Positions 9,053 to 18,241 of a stretch of 32,413 nt of DNA are shown here, one piece after another; the first letter of the stretch is position 1, and each line of letters starts with the position of its first letter. The position numbers were made by a program, and so were the translations under genes. The stretch is from Acutalibacteraceae bacterium (GTDB lineage Bacteria; Bacillota; Clostridia; Oscillospirales; Acutalibacteraceae): the NCBI GenBank assembly GCA_051881555.1, contig JBJEQC010000236.1:1-32413 (forward strand), written 5' to 3'. The notes beneath the pieces were generated by a model, which had not been told where the DNA came from, searched no databases, and worked only from the letters and a program-made list of their open reading frames with translations.

Positions 9053-9942
9053 ATTCCATTATTTCGGCTGTTATGGCTGTTATTACTGCAATCATGTCAC
9101 TTTTCTACACTCCGTCGGAGCTGAAAAGCGTCAACCCCTCAGTTATTCCCGAGCCGTCAAAGACTCAGGATGTTACGGTTATGACATATAATGTCTATGT
9201 TGCAGGCTCAGGCGAGCATTCGCCCGAAAGCCGCACACCGCTTGTTATTGAAAACATCCGCAGATATATGCCCGATTCGTTCGGAATTGAAGAAGCCGAC
9301 GAGGGCTGGGTTGAGAGAATTGCCGAAGCCATGCCCGAATACGCCTATGTCGGCAAGGGCAGAAACTTCACGGGCGGCGGCGAAGCAAGCCCCGTATTTT
9401 ACAAAAAAGATAAATATGAGCTTGTTGATTCGGGCACCTTCTGGCTTTCAAAAACGCCCGAGAGACCCTCTCACGGCTGGGATGCCATGATGAACAGAGT
9501 TTGTTCCTATGCCGTTCTGAAAGACAAGGAAACAGGCTTTGTTTACGCTCATTTCAACGCTCATTTTGACCATATCGGAAAGATTGCACGCCTTGAATCC
9601 GTTTCGGTTGTTGCGGACATGATTTCAAAGATATGCCCCGGCATCCCCGTTGTATTCTCAGGCGACCTTAACGATGACGAGGGTTCGGACATGTATAACC
9701 GAATTCTTGAATGCGGAATGAGAGATACGAAATTCATTGCGGAAACCGCCGACAACTGCGGAACATATCACGGCTACAGCGAAGCGACCGAAAAGGTCAG
9801 AACAAAACCGATTGACTTCATTTTTGTTAACGCTTTTGCAACCAAGGTTGAAAGCTACACGGTTGACCGCACTCAGTTCAACGGAATGTATGCTTCTGAC
9901 CATCATCCCGTTATTGTTGAAATGACTCTGTTTAACGGATAA
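9049..9942 (+). CDS. Endonuclease/exonuclease/phosphatase (EEP) family protein, paralog 1
   Basis: MTYNV, GIEE, NAHFDH, SGDLN, IDFIF, SDHHPV; hydrophobic N-terminal leader. Confidence 0.9.
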   Translation: MNSIISAVMAVITAIMSLFYTPSELKSVNPSVIPEPSKTQDVTVMTYNVYVAGSGEHSPESRTPLVIENIRRYMPDSFGIEEADEGWVERIAEAMPEYAYVGKGRNFTGGGEASPVFYKKDKYELVDSGTFWLSKTPERPSHGWDAMMNRVCSYAVLKDKETGFVYAHFNAHFDHIGKIARLESVSVVADMISKICPGIPVVFSGDLNDDEGSDMYNRILECGMRDTKFIAETADNCGTYHGYSEATEKVRTKPIDFIFVNAFATKVESYTVDRTQFNGMYASDHHPVIVEMTLFNG

Positions 9943-9958
9943 AGGACGGTAAAATGCT

Positions 9959-10882
9959 ATGTATTCACTTTTATACAAGATTCTTTCGCCCTTAATTTCA
10001 TTAATTACGGCAATTTCAGCCGCATTTGCGCCTGCAACTTCGCTTCCGCTTGTTACCGTCAATCCAAACCCCATACCCGATGAAACAGTTTCTCAGAATA
10101 TTACCGTCATGACCTTCAATATCAAAAGCGGCGGTGATGACGAGCTTTCGCCCGAAAACCGAAAGCCTCTTGTTCGTGAAACGGTTATGAAATATACCGC
10201 CGATTCATTCGGAGTTCAGGAAGCGGACAAAGCATGGGTTGACCTGCTTGCCGACGCAATGCCCGAATATGCACATGTCGGCAAATTCAGGGATGACGGC
10301 GTTGAAACGGGAGAATCAAGCACGGTATTCTATCTCAAAGATAAATATGAGCTTGTCGATTCGGGAGACTTCTGGCTCTCCGAAACGCCCGATATCCCGT
10401 CAAAAGGCTGGGACGCACCCACTGAAAACAGAATCTGCACCTATGTTATTCTCAAAAACAAAGAAACAGGATTTACATATGCCCACTTCAACACCCACCT
10501 TGACAATGCGGGTGAGCAGGCACGGGCTGAATCCGTTCCGCTGATTGCAAGCAAAATTGCTCAGATTGCCCCCGATATTCCCGTTGTTCTGACGGGCGAC
10601 TTTAACTTCAACGAAACATCATATAACTACGCCAATATGCTCAGTTGCGGCATGAAAGACACAAAGTATCTTGCCGAAACCGCAGATTTCGGCCCGACTT
10701 ATCACGGATACAGAGCCGTTAACCTCGATATTCTTCCCATCGACTTTGTTTTTGTTAACGCCTATGTCAAGTCGGTCGATTACAGTAAAATCGATCGTTC
10801 AAAGGTAAACGGCATTTATCCGTCAGACCATTACCCCGTTATTGTTAACATGACTCTGTTTAATGCAGGAGGAGAAAAATGA
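9959..10882 (+). CDS. EEP family protein, paralog 2
   Basis: MTFNI, GVQE, NTHLD, TGDFN, IDFVF, SDHYPV; hydrophobic N-terminal leader. Confidence 0.9.
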   Translation: MYSLLYKILSPLISLITAISAAFAPATSLPLVTVNPNPIPDETVSQNITVMTFNIKSGGDDELSPENRKPLVRETVMKYTADSFGVQEADKAWVDLLADAMPEYAHVGKFRDDGVETGESSTVFYLKDKYELVDSGDFWLSETPDIPSKGWDAPTENRICTYVILKNKETGFTYAHFNTHLDNAGEQARAESVPLIASKIAQIAPDIPVVLTGDFNFNETSYNYANMLSCGMKDTKYLAETADFGPTYHGYRAVNLDILPIDFVFVNAYVKSVDYSKIDRSKVNGIYPSDHYPVIVNMTLFNAGGEK

Positions 10883-11640
10883 TGTTCAGAATTATGTCAT
10901 TCAATGTGCTTTGCTACGGCAGAGACGAGAGATTTTGGAAAAACCGCATCCCGCTTGCTTGCGAAATCATCCGCAAAAACGCTCCCGATTCATTCGGCGT
11001 TCAGGAAGCACACATCGGCTGGATGAACGCCCTGAAAGAAAATCTGCCCGAGTATGATTATGTCGGAGTCGGCAGAGACGACGGAAAAGAGGACGGAGAG
11101 TTCTCGGCGGTATTTTATAAGAAAGACCGTTTCACCGCAAGCGACAGCGGCAACTTCTGGATATCCGAAACGCCCGATATTCCCTCAAAAGGCTGGGACG
11201 CCGCCTGCATAAGAATCGCAACCTATGTTAAGCTGACCGATAAAGAAAGCGGAGAAGCCTATGTTCATTTCAACACTCATCTTGACCATGTCGGCGACAC
11301 AGCAAGAATTGAGGGCGTTAAGATGATAAAAGAAAAAGCCGCTTCGTTCGGCGGCGTTCCCGTTGTCTGCACGGGCGATTTCAATGTTACTCAAGGTTCG
11401 GAATGCTACAACACGATGATCAGCGGAAACATGGCGGATTCACGCTTTCTTGCTCCCGAAACCGACGACAGCCTGACCTATCACGGCTTCGACCCCGAAA
11501 ACGTAAAGCATATTATTGACTTTGTGTTTGTTGACAGAGACACGGTCAAGCCCTTGAAATTCAAGGTCATTGACGAAAAGGTTAACGGCGAATTCTATTC
11601 CGATCACTACGCCGTTTATGCCGACATTGAATTAAAATAA
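10879..11640 (+). CDS. EEP family protein, paralog 3 (no leader)
   Basis: MSFNV, GVQE, NTHLDH, TGDFN, IDFVF, SDHYAV. Confidence 0.9.
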   Translation: MMFRIMSFNVLCYGRDERFWKNRIPLACEIIRKNAPDSFGVQEAHIGWMNALKENLPEYDYVGVGRDDGKEDGEFSAVFYKKDRFTASDSGNFWISETPDIPSKGWDAACIRIATYVKLTDKESGEAYVHFNTHLDHVGDTARIEGVKMIKEKAASFGGVPVVCTGDFNVTQGSECYNTMISGNMADSRFLAPETDDSLTYHGFDPENVKHIIDFVFVDRDTVKPLKFKVIDEKVNGEFYSDHYAVYADIELK

Positions 11641-11655
11641 GTTTTTAAAATACTG

Positions 11656-11700
11656 AAAAAAGCTGCCCTCCGAAAGCTCGGAGAGCAGCTTTTTATTTTT
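11656..11700. terminator. Bidirectional intrinsic terminator
   Basis: AAAAAGCTGCcCTCCGA-aagc-TCGGAGaGCAGCTTTTT between convergent genes. Confidence 0.85.
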
Positions 11701-11712
11701 CGATTTGTTGAA

Positions 11713-11883
11713 TTATTCAGCCTTGGGAGCTTCAACAGGGCAGGTGCTTGCGCAAGCGCCGCACTCAATGCAGGTGTCTGCATCGATGACATACTTGCCG
11801 TCACCCTCTGAAATAGCTTCAACGGGGCACTCTGCTGCGCATGCGCCGCAGGAGATGCAATCGTCACTGATAACATATGCCAT
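11713..11883 (-). CDS. fdx: Clostridial 2[4Fe-4S] ferredoxin (56 aa; not in the ORF track)
   Basis: Manual translation MAYVISDDCISCGACAAECPVEAISEGDGKYVIDADTCIECGACASTCPVEAPKAE*, with two CxxCxxCxxxCP motifs; AAGGAGG RBS. Confidence 0.96.
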   Translation of the reverse strand: MAYVISDDCISCGACAAECPVEAISEGDGKYVIDADTCIECGACASTCPVEAPKAE

Positions 11884-11918
11884 TGGTGTTCATCCTCCTT
11901 AATATTTTTTCAAATCAC

Positions 11919-11946
11919 ATTGTAACACATATTACGGAAAATGCAA
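11919..11946 (-). promoter_or_regulatory. Putative sigma-A promoter of the ferredoxin gene
   Basis: TTGCAT-16 bp-TACAAT with an extended TG on the - strand. Confidence 0.55.
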
Positions 11947-11966
11947 GAGGTTTTTGCTGTAAAATA

Positions 11967-12830
11967 TCATTCTATATCCTTTAATGCCTCAATTTCGGCC
12001 TTTTCAACCTTGATTTTCGAGTCACGGACAAGCTTAACATCCTTTCGGTGGAAGGTTTTGGGCTGTGCATCGGGGTTATCGTGAAGCTGAACCCTGAGTT
12101 TGCCTGTCAGCAGGCTGAAATCAACAACCGTGCCTGCCCCCTCCTCCGTTTCAACGATTGCGCCGGGCTTGGGAGTGATTTTGAGCAGATGCTCATATGA
12201 ATCCTGCTCATATTTAAGACAGCACATAAGTCTGCCGCATACTCCGCTGATTTTTGAGGGATTGAGCGAAAGCCCCTGTTCCTTTGCCATTTTGATTGAT
12301 ACAGGCTGAAAATCGCCGAGGAAGCTGCCGCAGCAGAACGGTCTGCCGCACATACCGAGACCGCCGAGCATTTTCGATTCGTCACGAACGCCTATCTGGC
12401 GAAGCTCGATTCTTGTTTTGAACACGCCCGCAAGGTCTCTGACAAGTTCTCTGAAATCTATTCTGCCGTCAGCAGTAAAATAGAAAAGCAGTTTTCCGCC
12501 GTCAAAGGTATATTCGGCGTCAACAAGCTTCATTTCAAGCCCGTGAGCCTCGATTTTGCGGCGGCAAATCTCAAAAGCTTCCTTCTCTTTTTCCTTGTTC
12601 TCTTTTACCCTCTCAATATCGCTTTCATCTGCAATTCGGATAAGCTTTTTGAGGGGCTTAACGATTTCTTCGTCATCTATATTTCTGTTATCCATTGCAA
12701 CCTCTCCGCATTCAATGCCGCGAACGGTTTCAACGATAACCTTTTCGCCTTTTTTCAATATATGCCCGTCCGGGTCAAAATAGTAGACCTTGCCTACCTC
12801 TTTGAAACGAACGCCTATGACTTCTGCCAT
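11967..12830 (-). CDS. yaaT: Stage 0 sporulation protein YaaT/RicT (PSP1 family)
   Basis: FYFTADGRIDFRELVRDLA, CGRPFCC, KISGVCGRLMCCLKYE; canonical position after holB. Confidence 0.93.
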   Translation of the reverse strand: MAEVIGVRFKEVGKVYYFDPDGHILKKGEKVIVETVRGIECGEVAMDNRNIDDEEIVKPLKKLIRIADESDIERVKENKEKEKEAFEICRRKIEAHGLEMKLVDAEYTFDGGKLLFYFTADGRIDFRELVRDLAGVFKTRIELRQIGVRDESKMLGGLGMCGRPFCCGSFLGDFQPVSIKMAKEQGLSLNPSKISGVCGRLMCCLKYEQDSYEHLLKITPKPGAIVETEEGAGTVVDFSLLTGKLRVQLHDNPDAQPKTFHRKDVKLVRDSKIKVEKAEIEALKDIE

Positions 12831-12853
12831 ATTTTACCTCCGTCAGATTTATT

Positions 12854-13744
12854 TCAAGACACCGCTTTGCGCAGCTTTGTGCACACGGCGGTAACCATAA
12901 GATTCTGATTTGCATTAAGCCTTATCGCCTCCGAAAGGGAGTCGCAGGCTTCTATGAGCTGAATGAGCGAACGCCTGCTGAGCCTTGGCGCAAGCTGACC
13001 CGGCAGATCTCCGAATTCGCTTTCGCCCTCATCGGCTGAATATTTAATTCTCATTGCACACGCAAAAATTTCCTGAATCACGGGCAGCGCGGCGGCCAAA
13101 AGCTTCGGGTCTTTTTCAAACACGGCGGCGGCCTTGACAATTTCAATATCTTCGGCTGAAATCACCGATGCCGCAATACCTTTTGCCGCTTCAAGAACCT
13201 TTTCTCTCGCCTGCTCCGAGCCCTGAGTCTGCTGAGCTTCGCCGAGGCTGTAAACCGTTGAACGGGAAAGCACCGTCGGCAAAAAGCCCGATTTTGAAGA
13301 ACACAAAAGGATAAAATTCACATATGCGGGCGGTTCTTCGAGAATTTTCAAAATTGCGTTCTGACCCTCCGCGCCCATCGTGTGTGCATTTTCGAGGATA
13401 AAAACCTTTCTGTCCGCTTCATTGGGAACGATATAGGCTTTGCTGCGGATGTCACGCACCGTATCGACCTTGAAAGCCTTGGGCTTATCCTCAACGGAAT
13501 AAATCAGAACATCAGGATGTGAATCTGCGGCAACTTTTTTACAGCCTGAGCAAACGCCGCACGGAACCTCGCCCGCAGAGGTGCAAACCAGCGCCGCCGC
13601 TGTTTGTTCGGCAAGCTCCATGCGTTCCTCGGGCGTTGCGCCCTCAATTATCACGGCATGAGGGAATCTTTTCAGATTCAGCGCCGCAGAAATTGATTTT
13701 TCAATCGGCTTATTTAAATCAAAGCCACGGATTTTCATTGTCAA
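12854..13744 (-). CDS. holB: DNA polymerase III delta-prime subunit
   Basis: Zn motif C...PCGVCSGC, HPD, NAILKILEEPP, TVLSR; lies between darA and yaaT. Start may be the ATG at 13738. Confidence 0.88.
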   Translation of the reverse strand: MTMKIRGFDLNKPIEKSISAALNLKRFPHAVIIEGATPEERMELAEQTAAALVCTSAGEVPCGVCSGCKKVAADSHPDVLIYSVEDKPKAFKVDTVRDIRSKAYIVPNEADRKVFILENAHTMGAEGQNAILKILEEPPAYVNFILLCSSKSGFLPTVLSRSTVYSLGEAQQTQGSEQAREKVLEAAKGIAASVISAEDIEIVKAAAVFEKDPKLLAAALPVIQEIFACAMRIKYSADEGESEFGDLPGQLAPRLSRRSLIQLIEACDSLSEAIRLNANQNLMVTAVCTKLRKAVS

Positions 13745-13752
13745 ACACTGCC

Positions 13753-14076
13753 TTAAAGCTTTATAAATTTATCAACATCGAGCACGAAAACCGTTGCGCC
13801 GCCGACTGTAACTTCAACTGCCCTCGAAATGAAGCCCTCTGCCATGAATGAGGGTGAGGGAGAAACAAGCTGAGTGCGCTTGCGTGAAAACTCGTTGATG
13901 ACCGAGATAACCTCGTCAACCTTTTCCTCCTCGGTTCCTATGAGCAAGGTTGCGTTGCCGGCTCTGAGAAAGCCGCCTGAGGTTGAAAGCTTTGTGGCTC
14001 CGAACCCCTTTTCGGTAAGCCCGCTGAGAACGCTCGGGCAATCGTCATTGTTAATGATTGCAACGATAAGCTTCAT
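13753..14076 (-). CDS. darA: PII-like cyclic-di-AMP receptor (DarA/PstA/YaaQ)
   Basis: ATKLSTSGGFLRAGNATLLIG and VGGATVFV signature. Confidence 0.92.
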   Translation of the reverse strand: MKLIVAIINNDDCPSVLSGLTEKGFGATKLSTSGGFLRAGNATLLIGTEEEKVDEVISVINEFSRKRTQLVSPSPSFMAEGFISRAVEVTVGGATVFVLDVDKFIKL

Positions 14077-14090
14077 ATTACAAGCTCCTT

Positions 14091-14879
14091 TCAGGAATTA
14101 ATGTTCAAATTTCTTTCAATAACCTTTCTGCCCCGCCATTCGTAGGCTCTTCCCTCAAGCGAACAGCCGTGAGAGACACGGGCAACGGGTGAAGCAATGA
14201 ATTCTTCAATTTCCGTCTGAGCCGCAGATTCGTTCATCGGGCAGATATCCTGGCAGATATCACAGCCCCAGACGCAGCCGCATTCTCTCATAAGCCGTTC
14301 CTCGTCCTTTGTCAGTTCGCCCTTCTTCTGAGTTACGGCAGAAAGACATTTTTCTTTGCTGAATTCATTCCCGCCTATCGCCCCCGACGGGCAGACTGCG
14401 GAGCATTTGCCGCATCTGAGGCAGGATTTTTCGTTCGGCTCGGAATGCTCCGTTTCAAGGCTCGTCACTATCTCGCCGATAAAAACATATGAGCCGTATT
14501 TCTCGGTTATGAGTAAGGTATTTTCTCCCCTGACCCCAAGCCCCGCAAGGCATGCGGCTCTGACCTCGGGAACGGGAGAATTATCGGCAAACGCCGCAAA
14601 TTCTTCATCGGGATATTTTTCTTTCAGCTTTTCCGCCGCCGCTTCAAGGCGACTCATTGCAACCTTATGATAATCCGCAACAACGGCATATTTTGAAATG
14701 TTGCGGCCCCTGTATTCCGATTCGCCGAGAAGATAAGGGAAACAGGCAACGATAACCGAGCGTGAACTTTCGGGCAGACGGCTTTTCGCTCTGCATTCAA
14801 TCAGAGAACCGCTGATTTTCTCAAACGGGCATATACCCCATAGCGGAGATATGCCGTCCATAATTTCTTTAAGTTCCAA
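14091..14879 (-). CDS. queG: Epoxyqueuosine reductase QueG-like Fe-S protein
   Basis: DYH, DNSPVPE, AGLG, YGSYVFIGEI, CLRCGKCSAVCP, WGCDICQDICP. Confidence 0.8.
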   Translation of the reverse strand: MELKEIMDGISPLWGICPFEKISGSLIECRAKSRLPESSRSVIVACFPYLLGESEYRGRNISKYAVVADYHKVAMSRLEAAAEKLKEKYPDEEFAAFADNSPVPEVRAACLAGLGVRGENTLLITEKYGSYVFIGEIVTSLETEHSEPNEKSCLRCGKCSAVCPSGAIGGNEFSKEKCLSAVTQKKGELTKDEERLMRECGCVWGCDICQDICPMNESAAQTEIEEFIASPVARVSHGCSLEGRAYEWRGRKVIERNLNINS

Positions 14880-14883
14880 GCCC

Positions 14884-15828
14884 TCACCCCACAGTCTGAG
14901 CCAAGGCTATCATAACGGGCAAGGTGATTATTGAAATAAAGCTGACTACTGCCACGGTCTGAGAAGCAAGCCCCGTGTTCCGGTCATATTTTGCCGCAAA
15001 CATAACGGTGTTATTGGCTGTCGGTGCGCCTGCGGAAATCGTAAGAGCCGCAAGCAGCGAACCTTTTATGCCGACAAGGCGGAAGCCCGTCATCAGAACA
15101 AGCGGCAGAATTATCAGCTTAACAAGCGCAACACAGAAGATGCGCCAATCCTTGAAAACCGTTTTGAACTGCGTGTTTGCAATGTATGTTCCGAAAATCA
15201 GCATTGCAACGGGAGTGTTAAGGCTTGCGATATAATGAATCGGAGAAGAAATAATATTCGGAAGCTTCACCGAGAGCAGGAAAAGCGGCAGACCGACAAT
15301 GACGGAAAGCACGCCCGGATTAAGAATAAGCTGTTTTATTCCGAAAGTGACCTTTGCGCCCTCACGCCCTTTGTTCATAACATAAATTCCGTGGGTAAAG
15401 CTGAAAATCTGAAATGAAATTATGACCGCCGAGCAGTAGAACACACCCTCGCTTCCGAGAACTGCCTGAGCAAGCGGCAAAGCCATGTATCCGCAGTTGC
15501 CGTAGGCACATGCATATTTATAAATACATGATTTATCGGCATGACAGCTGTTAAAAACAAGCGAAGATATCGTTGCTGAAACGATATGAAGCACAAGGCC
15601 GCATGCCATCGCCGTGAAAAGACTTTTAGCGGTGTCCGGGGAATAATCAAGCGAAAAAAAGCTTTCGATTATAACTGCCGGAGTTATGATATAAAACAGC
15701 AGGTCAGTGCAGCTCTTTGCAACCTTTTCGGTATATATGCCCGTTTTGTCGGCGATTGCGCCGATGGCAACAAGGATATAAAGAATGGCAACCTGCTCGC
15801 CTGCAACAAGAACATTCTGAAAAAACAT
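14884..15828 (-). CDS. AEC (auxin efflux carrier) family transporter
   Basis: Multi-pass hydrophobic protein with GNCGYMALPL, NPG and APTA motifs. Confidence 0.85.
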   Translation of the reverse strand: MFFQNVLVAGEQVAILYILVAIGAIADKTGIYTEKVAKSCTDLLFYIITPAVIIESFFSLDYSPDTAKSLFTAMACGLVLHIVSATISSLVFNSCHADKSCIYKYACAYGNCGYMALPLAQAVLGSEGVFYCSAVIISFQIFSFTHGIYVMNKGREGAKVTFGIKQLILNPGVLSVIVGLPLFLLSVKLPNIISSPIHYIASLNTPVAMLIFGTYIANTQFKTVFKDWRIFCVALVKLIILPLVLMTGFRLVGIKGSLLAALTISAGAPTANNTVMFAAKYDRNTGLASQTVAVVSFISIITLPVMIALAQTVG

Positions 15829-15834
15829 CGGGTT

Positions 15835-16743
15835 TTATTCCTTTTCTTCCGCCGCAATTTCGGGAACGGCTTTGATTTTATCAACAACTCTTGTTGCGAC
15901 GGTCGCAATTATAAAGAGCGCAATTCCGAAATCGCAGTATTCAACCCTCGCATACTGCGAAAGAAGAAGCGAATTTCCGCTGACGGTTACGATAAACCTC
16001 GGAACGAAGCAGACAAGGCCGAGCAAAGCGGCGGGCAAGCCGTAGGCGGCTATCTTCCAATCAAGCCCTTTGCTGTTGACCCGTGAATTAATCTGAGCAA
16101 ACGCCATGAAGAAAAGAATCATAAACGCAATCATTATCATTTCGGTTGCAAGGTCGGAAACACGGATATAGCTTATCGTGTTGAGGAATTTTGAAATCAT
16201 TCTGAAAATGCACCAAACAACGGGAGCGAGAGAAATAAGGCGGAACTCCGAGCCGTTGGTTTTGCCCGAAAGGAGCGCAAAGCCGAGGGCAAACAGATAC
16301 ATTGCCGAAAGAATACCGAAAACTGCCTCGGCGCAGGGCACAAATGCAGGAGATTTTGAAGCTTCCGCCTCAGCCGTCTGAAAGACTGTCTGCGAATTCT
16401 CTTCAAGCAAATCCATAAAGTCAATTATTCTTCTTGCGCTTGACATGAGGATTCCCGCAGCAGAAGCCATGGCAAGAACTCCGCAGCCGGGGCGTTTGAC
16501 AACCTCAAGGGAATATTCAAGCTTTTTTCTTTTTGCAATGCCGAAAACAAGGAGTGCAATTACCGCCGCCGCAAGAACCGCAGTCAGCAGATAAACGCTC
16601 CAATCAACGGAGCTGTAAAAACCCGTTTCAGCCTCAATAACCGTAAAATACTGAGCCGTTCTGAGCGGCAGAGCAATAATTGCCGCAACGGCAAAAATAA
16701 TCAAACCAATACCGAACCCGTTTTTGACGGAAATGCTTTTCAT
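15835..16743 (-). CDS. Hypothetical integral membrane protein
   Basis: 302 aa with about 8 hydrophobic segments, tightly packed in the operon. Confidence 0.75.
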   Translation of the reverse strand: MKSISVKNGFGIGLIIFAVAAIIALPLRTAQYFTVIEAETGFYSSVDWSVYLLTAVLAAAVIALLVFGIAKRKKLEYSLEVVKRPGCGVLAMASAAGILMSSARRIIDFMDLLEENSQTVFQTAEAEASKSPAFVPCAEAVFGILSAMYLFALGFALLSGKTNGSEFRLISLAPVVWCIFRMISKFLNTISYIRVSDLATEMIMIAFMILFFMAFAQINSRVNSKGLDWKIAAYGLPAALLGLVCFVPRFIVTVSGNSLLLSQYARVEYCDFGIALFIIATVATRVVDKIKAVPEIAAEEKE

Positions 16744-16758
16744 TTTTCACAAACCTTC

Positions 16759-18123
16759 TTATCTTTCGTTAATCGGAACATATTTTTTGGCGGGGCTGCT
16801 GCTCTTATAAGCAGGTCTGATAATTCTTCCGCCGGTGATAAGCTCCTCGATTCTGTGAGCCGACCAGCCTGCGATTCTCGCAATCGTGAAAATCGGAGTG
16901 AAAAGATCGGGAGGAATGTTGAGCATTTTATAAATCAAGCCTGAATAAAGGTCAACATTGGCGCACATTGCCTTGTCATTTCCTTTTTCGGAAGCAAAAA
17001 TCTGAGGGGTGAGCGTTTCAACGAGCTCAAGCAGTCTGAACTCCTTCTCAAACTCCGTTCCTTGGGCAAACTGCGAGGCTTCTCTTTTGAGAATCCTTGC
17101 TCTCGGGTCTGAAAGAGTGTAAACCGCATGACCCATGCCGTAAACAAGCCCCGAACCGTCGCCTGCTTCCTTTCTGATTATCTTTCTCAGATAATCGGCA
17201 ACCTGACCCTCATCGTTGATATCCGTAACGCCTTCCTTGATGAAATCAACCATTTCGGAAACCTTGATGTTTGCGCCGCCGTGCTTCGGGCCTTTGAGAG
17301 CGCCGACTCCTGCAGCCATTGCGGCGTAGGTGTCGGTTCCGCTCGAGGTCAGAACCCTTGTTGCAAAGGTTGAATTGTTACCGCCGCCGTGCTCCGCATG
17401 AACCATAAGGCAGATATCAAGCAGCTTTGCCTCTCTGTCGGTGAAAGTTTTATCTGCTCTGAGCGAGCGGAGAACGGTCTGAGCCGTTCTGTGCTCGGGC
17501 TTCATCTGATGAATATACATGCTCTTGCGGTAATAGTGTCTGCGCTTAACCTGATAGGCATAAACGATAATCGTCGGAACCTGAGCTATAAGATGAATGC
17601 ACTGACGAAGCACATTCTCAATTGAAGTGTCATCAGGATTCTGATCGTAAGAATAAAGAGCGAGGATTGAGCGGGATATCTTGTTCATTATATTCGGCGA
17701 GGGAGCCTTCATAATCATATCCTCAATGAAATCGTCGGGCAGCTCACGGCAATAAGAAAGCAGGTTGCAGAAATCGTCAAGCTCTTCCTTGGTCGGCAGA
17801 GAGCCGAAAAGGAGAAGATAAGCGACTTCCTCAAAGCCGAATCTGTCCTCGGCGATGCAGGCATTGACGATATCCTCCATGTTGATGCCTCTGAACAGCA
17901 GGTGACCGTCTCTGGGGATTTTTTCTCCGTCGTCAATATAATATCCGTCAACCGTGCAAATGCCGGTGATACCCGCCATAACGCCCGTTCCGTCAGCGTT
18001 TCTCAGACCTCTTTTAACATTGAAGCGCTCAAAATCCGCAGGATCTATATAGTTATATTTAAGAATCTGCTCGCATAATTTTTTAATGTCTCTTTCCGGA
18101 ACATGTGATTCAATGGTGGACAT
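16759..18123 (-). CDS. gltA: Citrate synthase (citrate/2-methylcitrate synthase family)
   Basis: HAEHGGGNNSTF, GPKHGGAN, GMGHAVY..SDPRA, ANVDLYSG, ARIAGWSAH. Confidence 0.92.
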   Translation of the reverse strand: MSTIESHVPERDIKKLCEQILKYNYIDPADFERFNVKRGLRNADGTGVMAGITGICTVDGYYIDDGEKIPRDGHLLFRGINMEDIVNACIAEDRFGFEEVAYLLLFGSLPTKEELDDFCNLLSYCRELPDDFIEDMIMKAPSPNIMNKISRSILALYSYDQNPDDTSIENVLRQCIHLIAQVPTIIVYAYQVKRRHYYRKSMYIHQMKPEHRTAQTVLRSLRADKTFTDREAKLLDICLMVHAEHGGGNNSTFATRVLTSSGTDTYAAMAAGVGALKGPKHGGANIKVSEMVDFIKEGVTDINDEGQVADYLRKIIRKEAGDGSGLVYGMGHAVYTLSDPRARILKREASQFAQGTEFEKEFRLLELVETLTPQIFASEKGNDKAMCANVDLYSGLIYKMLNIPPDLFTPIFTIARIAGWSAHRIEELITGGRIIRPAYKSSSPAKKYVPINER

Positions 18124-18178
18124 ATTTTCCGCCTCCGTTCTGTTGTTATAATATCTCCATCATACAATATAATGAACT

Positions 18179-18208
18179 ATTATACACCACCTAATATATA
18201 AAAGTCAA
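18179..18208 (-). promoter_or_regulatory. Putative sigma-A promoter for the citrate synthase operon
   Basis: TTGACT-18 bp-TATAAT on the - strand. Confidence 0.6.
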
Positions 18209-18241
18209 GTAAACAATATTATACAAGAAAGGATAATAAAA

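Noticed and set aside
11967-14879. darA-holB-yaaT cluster as a novel system
   Set aside because: This is a well-known conserved Firmicute gene order. The absence of tmk and presence of a queG-like gene is a minor rearrangement.
18140-18235. Sigma-E promoter for spoIID (CATACAAT at 18161-18168)
   Set aside because: No correctly spaced -35 element could be identified, so it cannot be supported from sequence alone.
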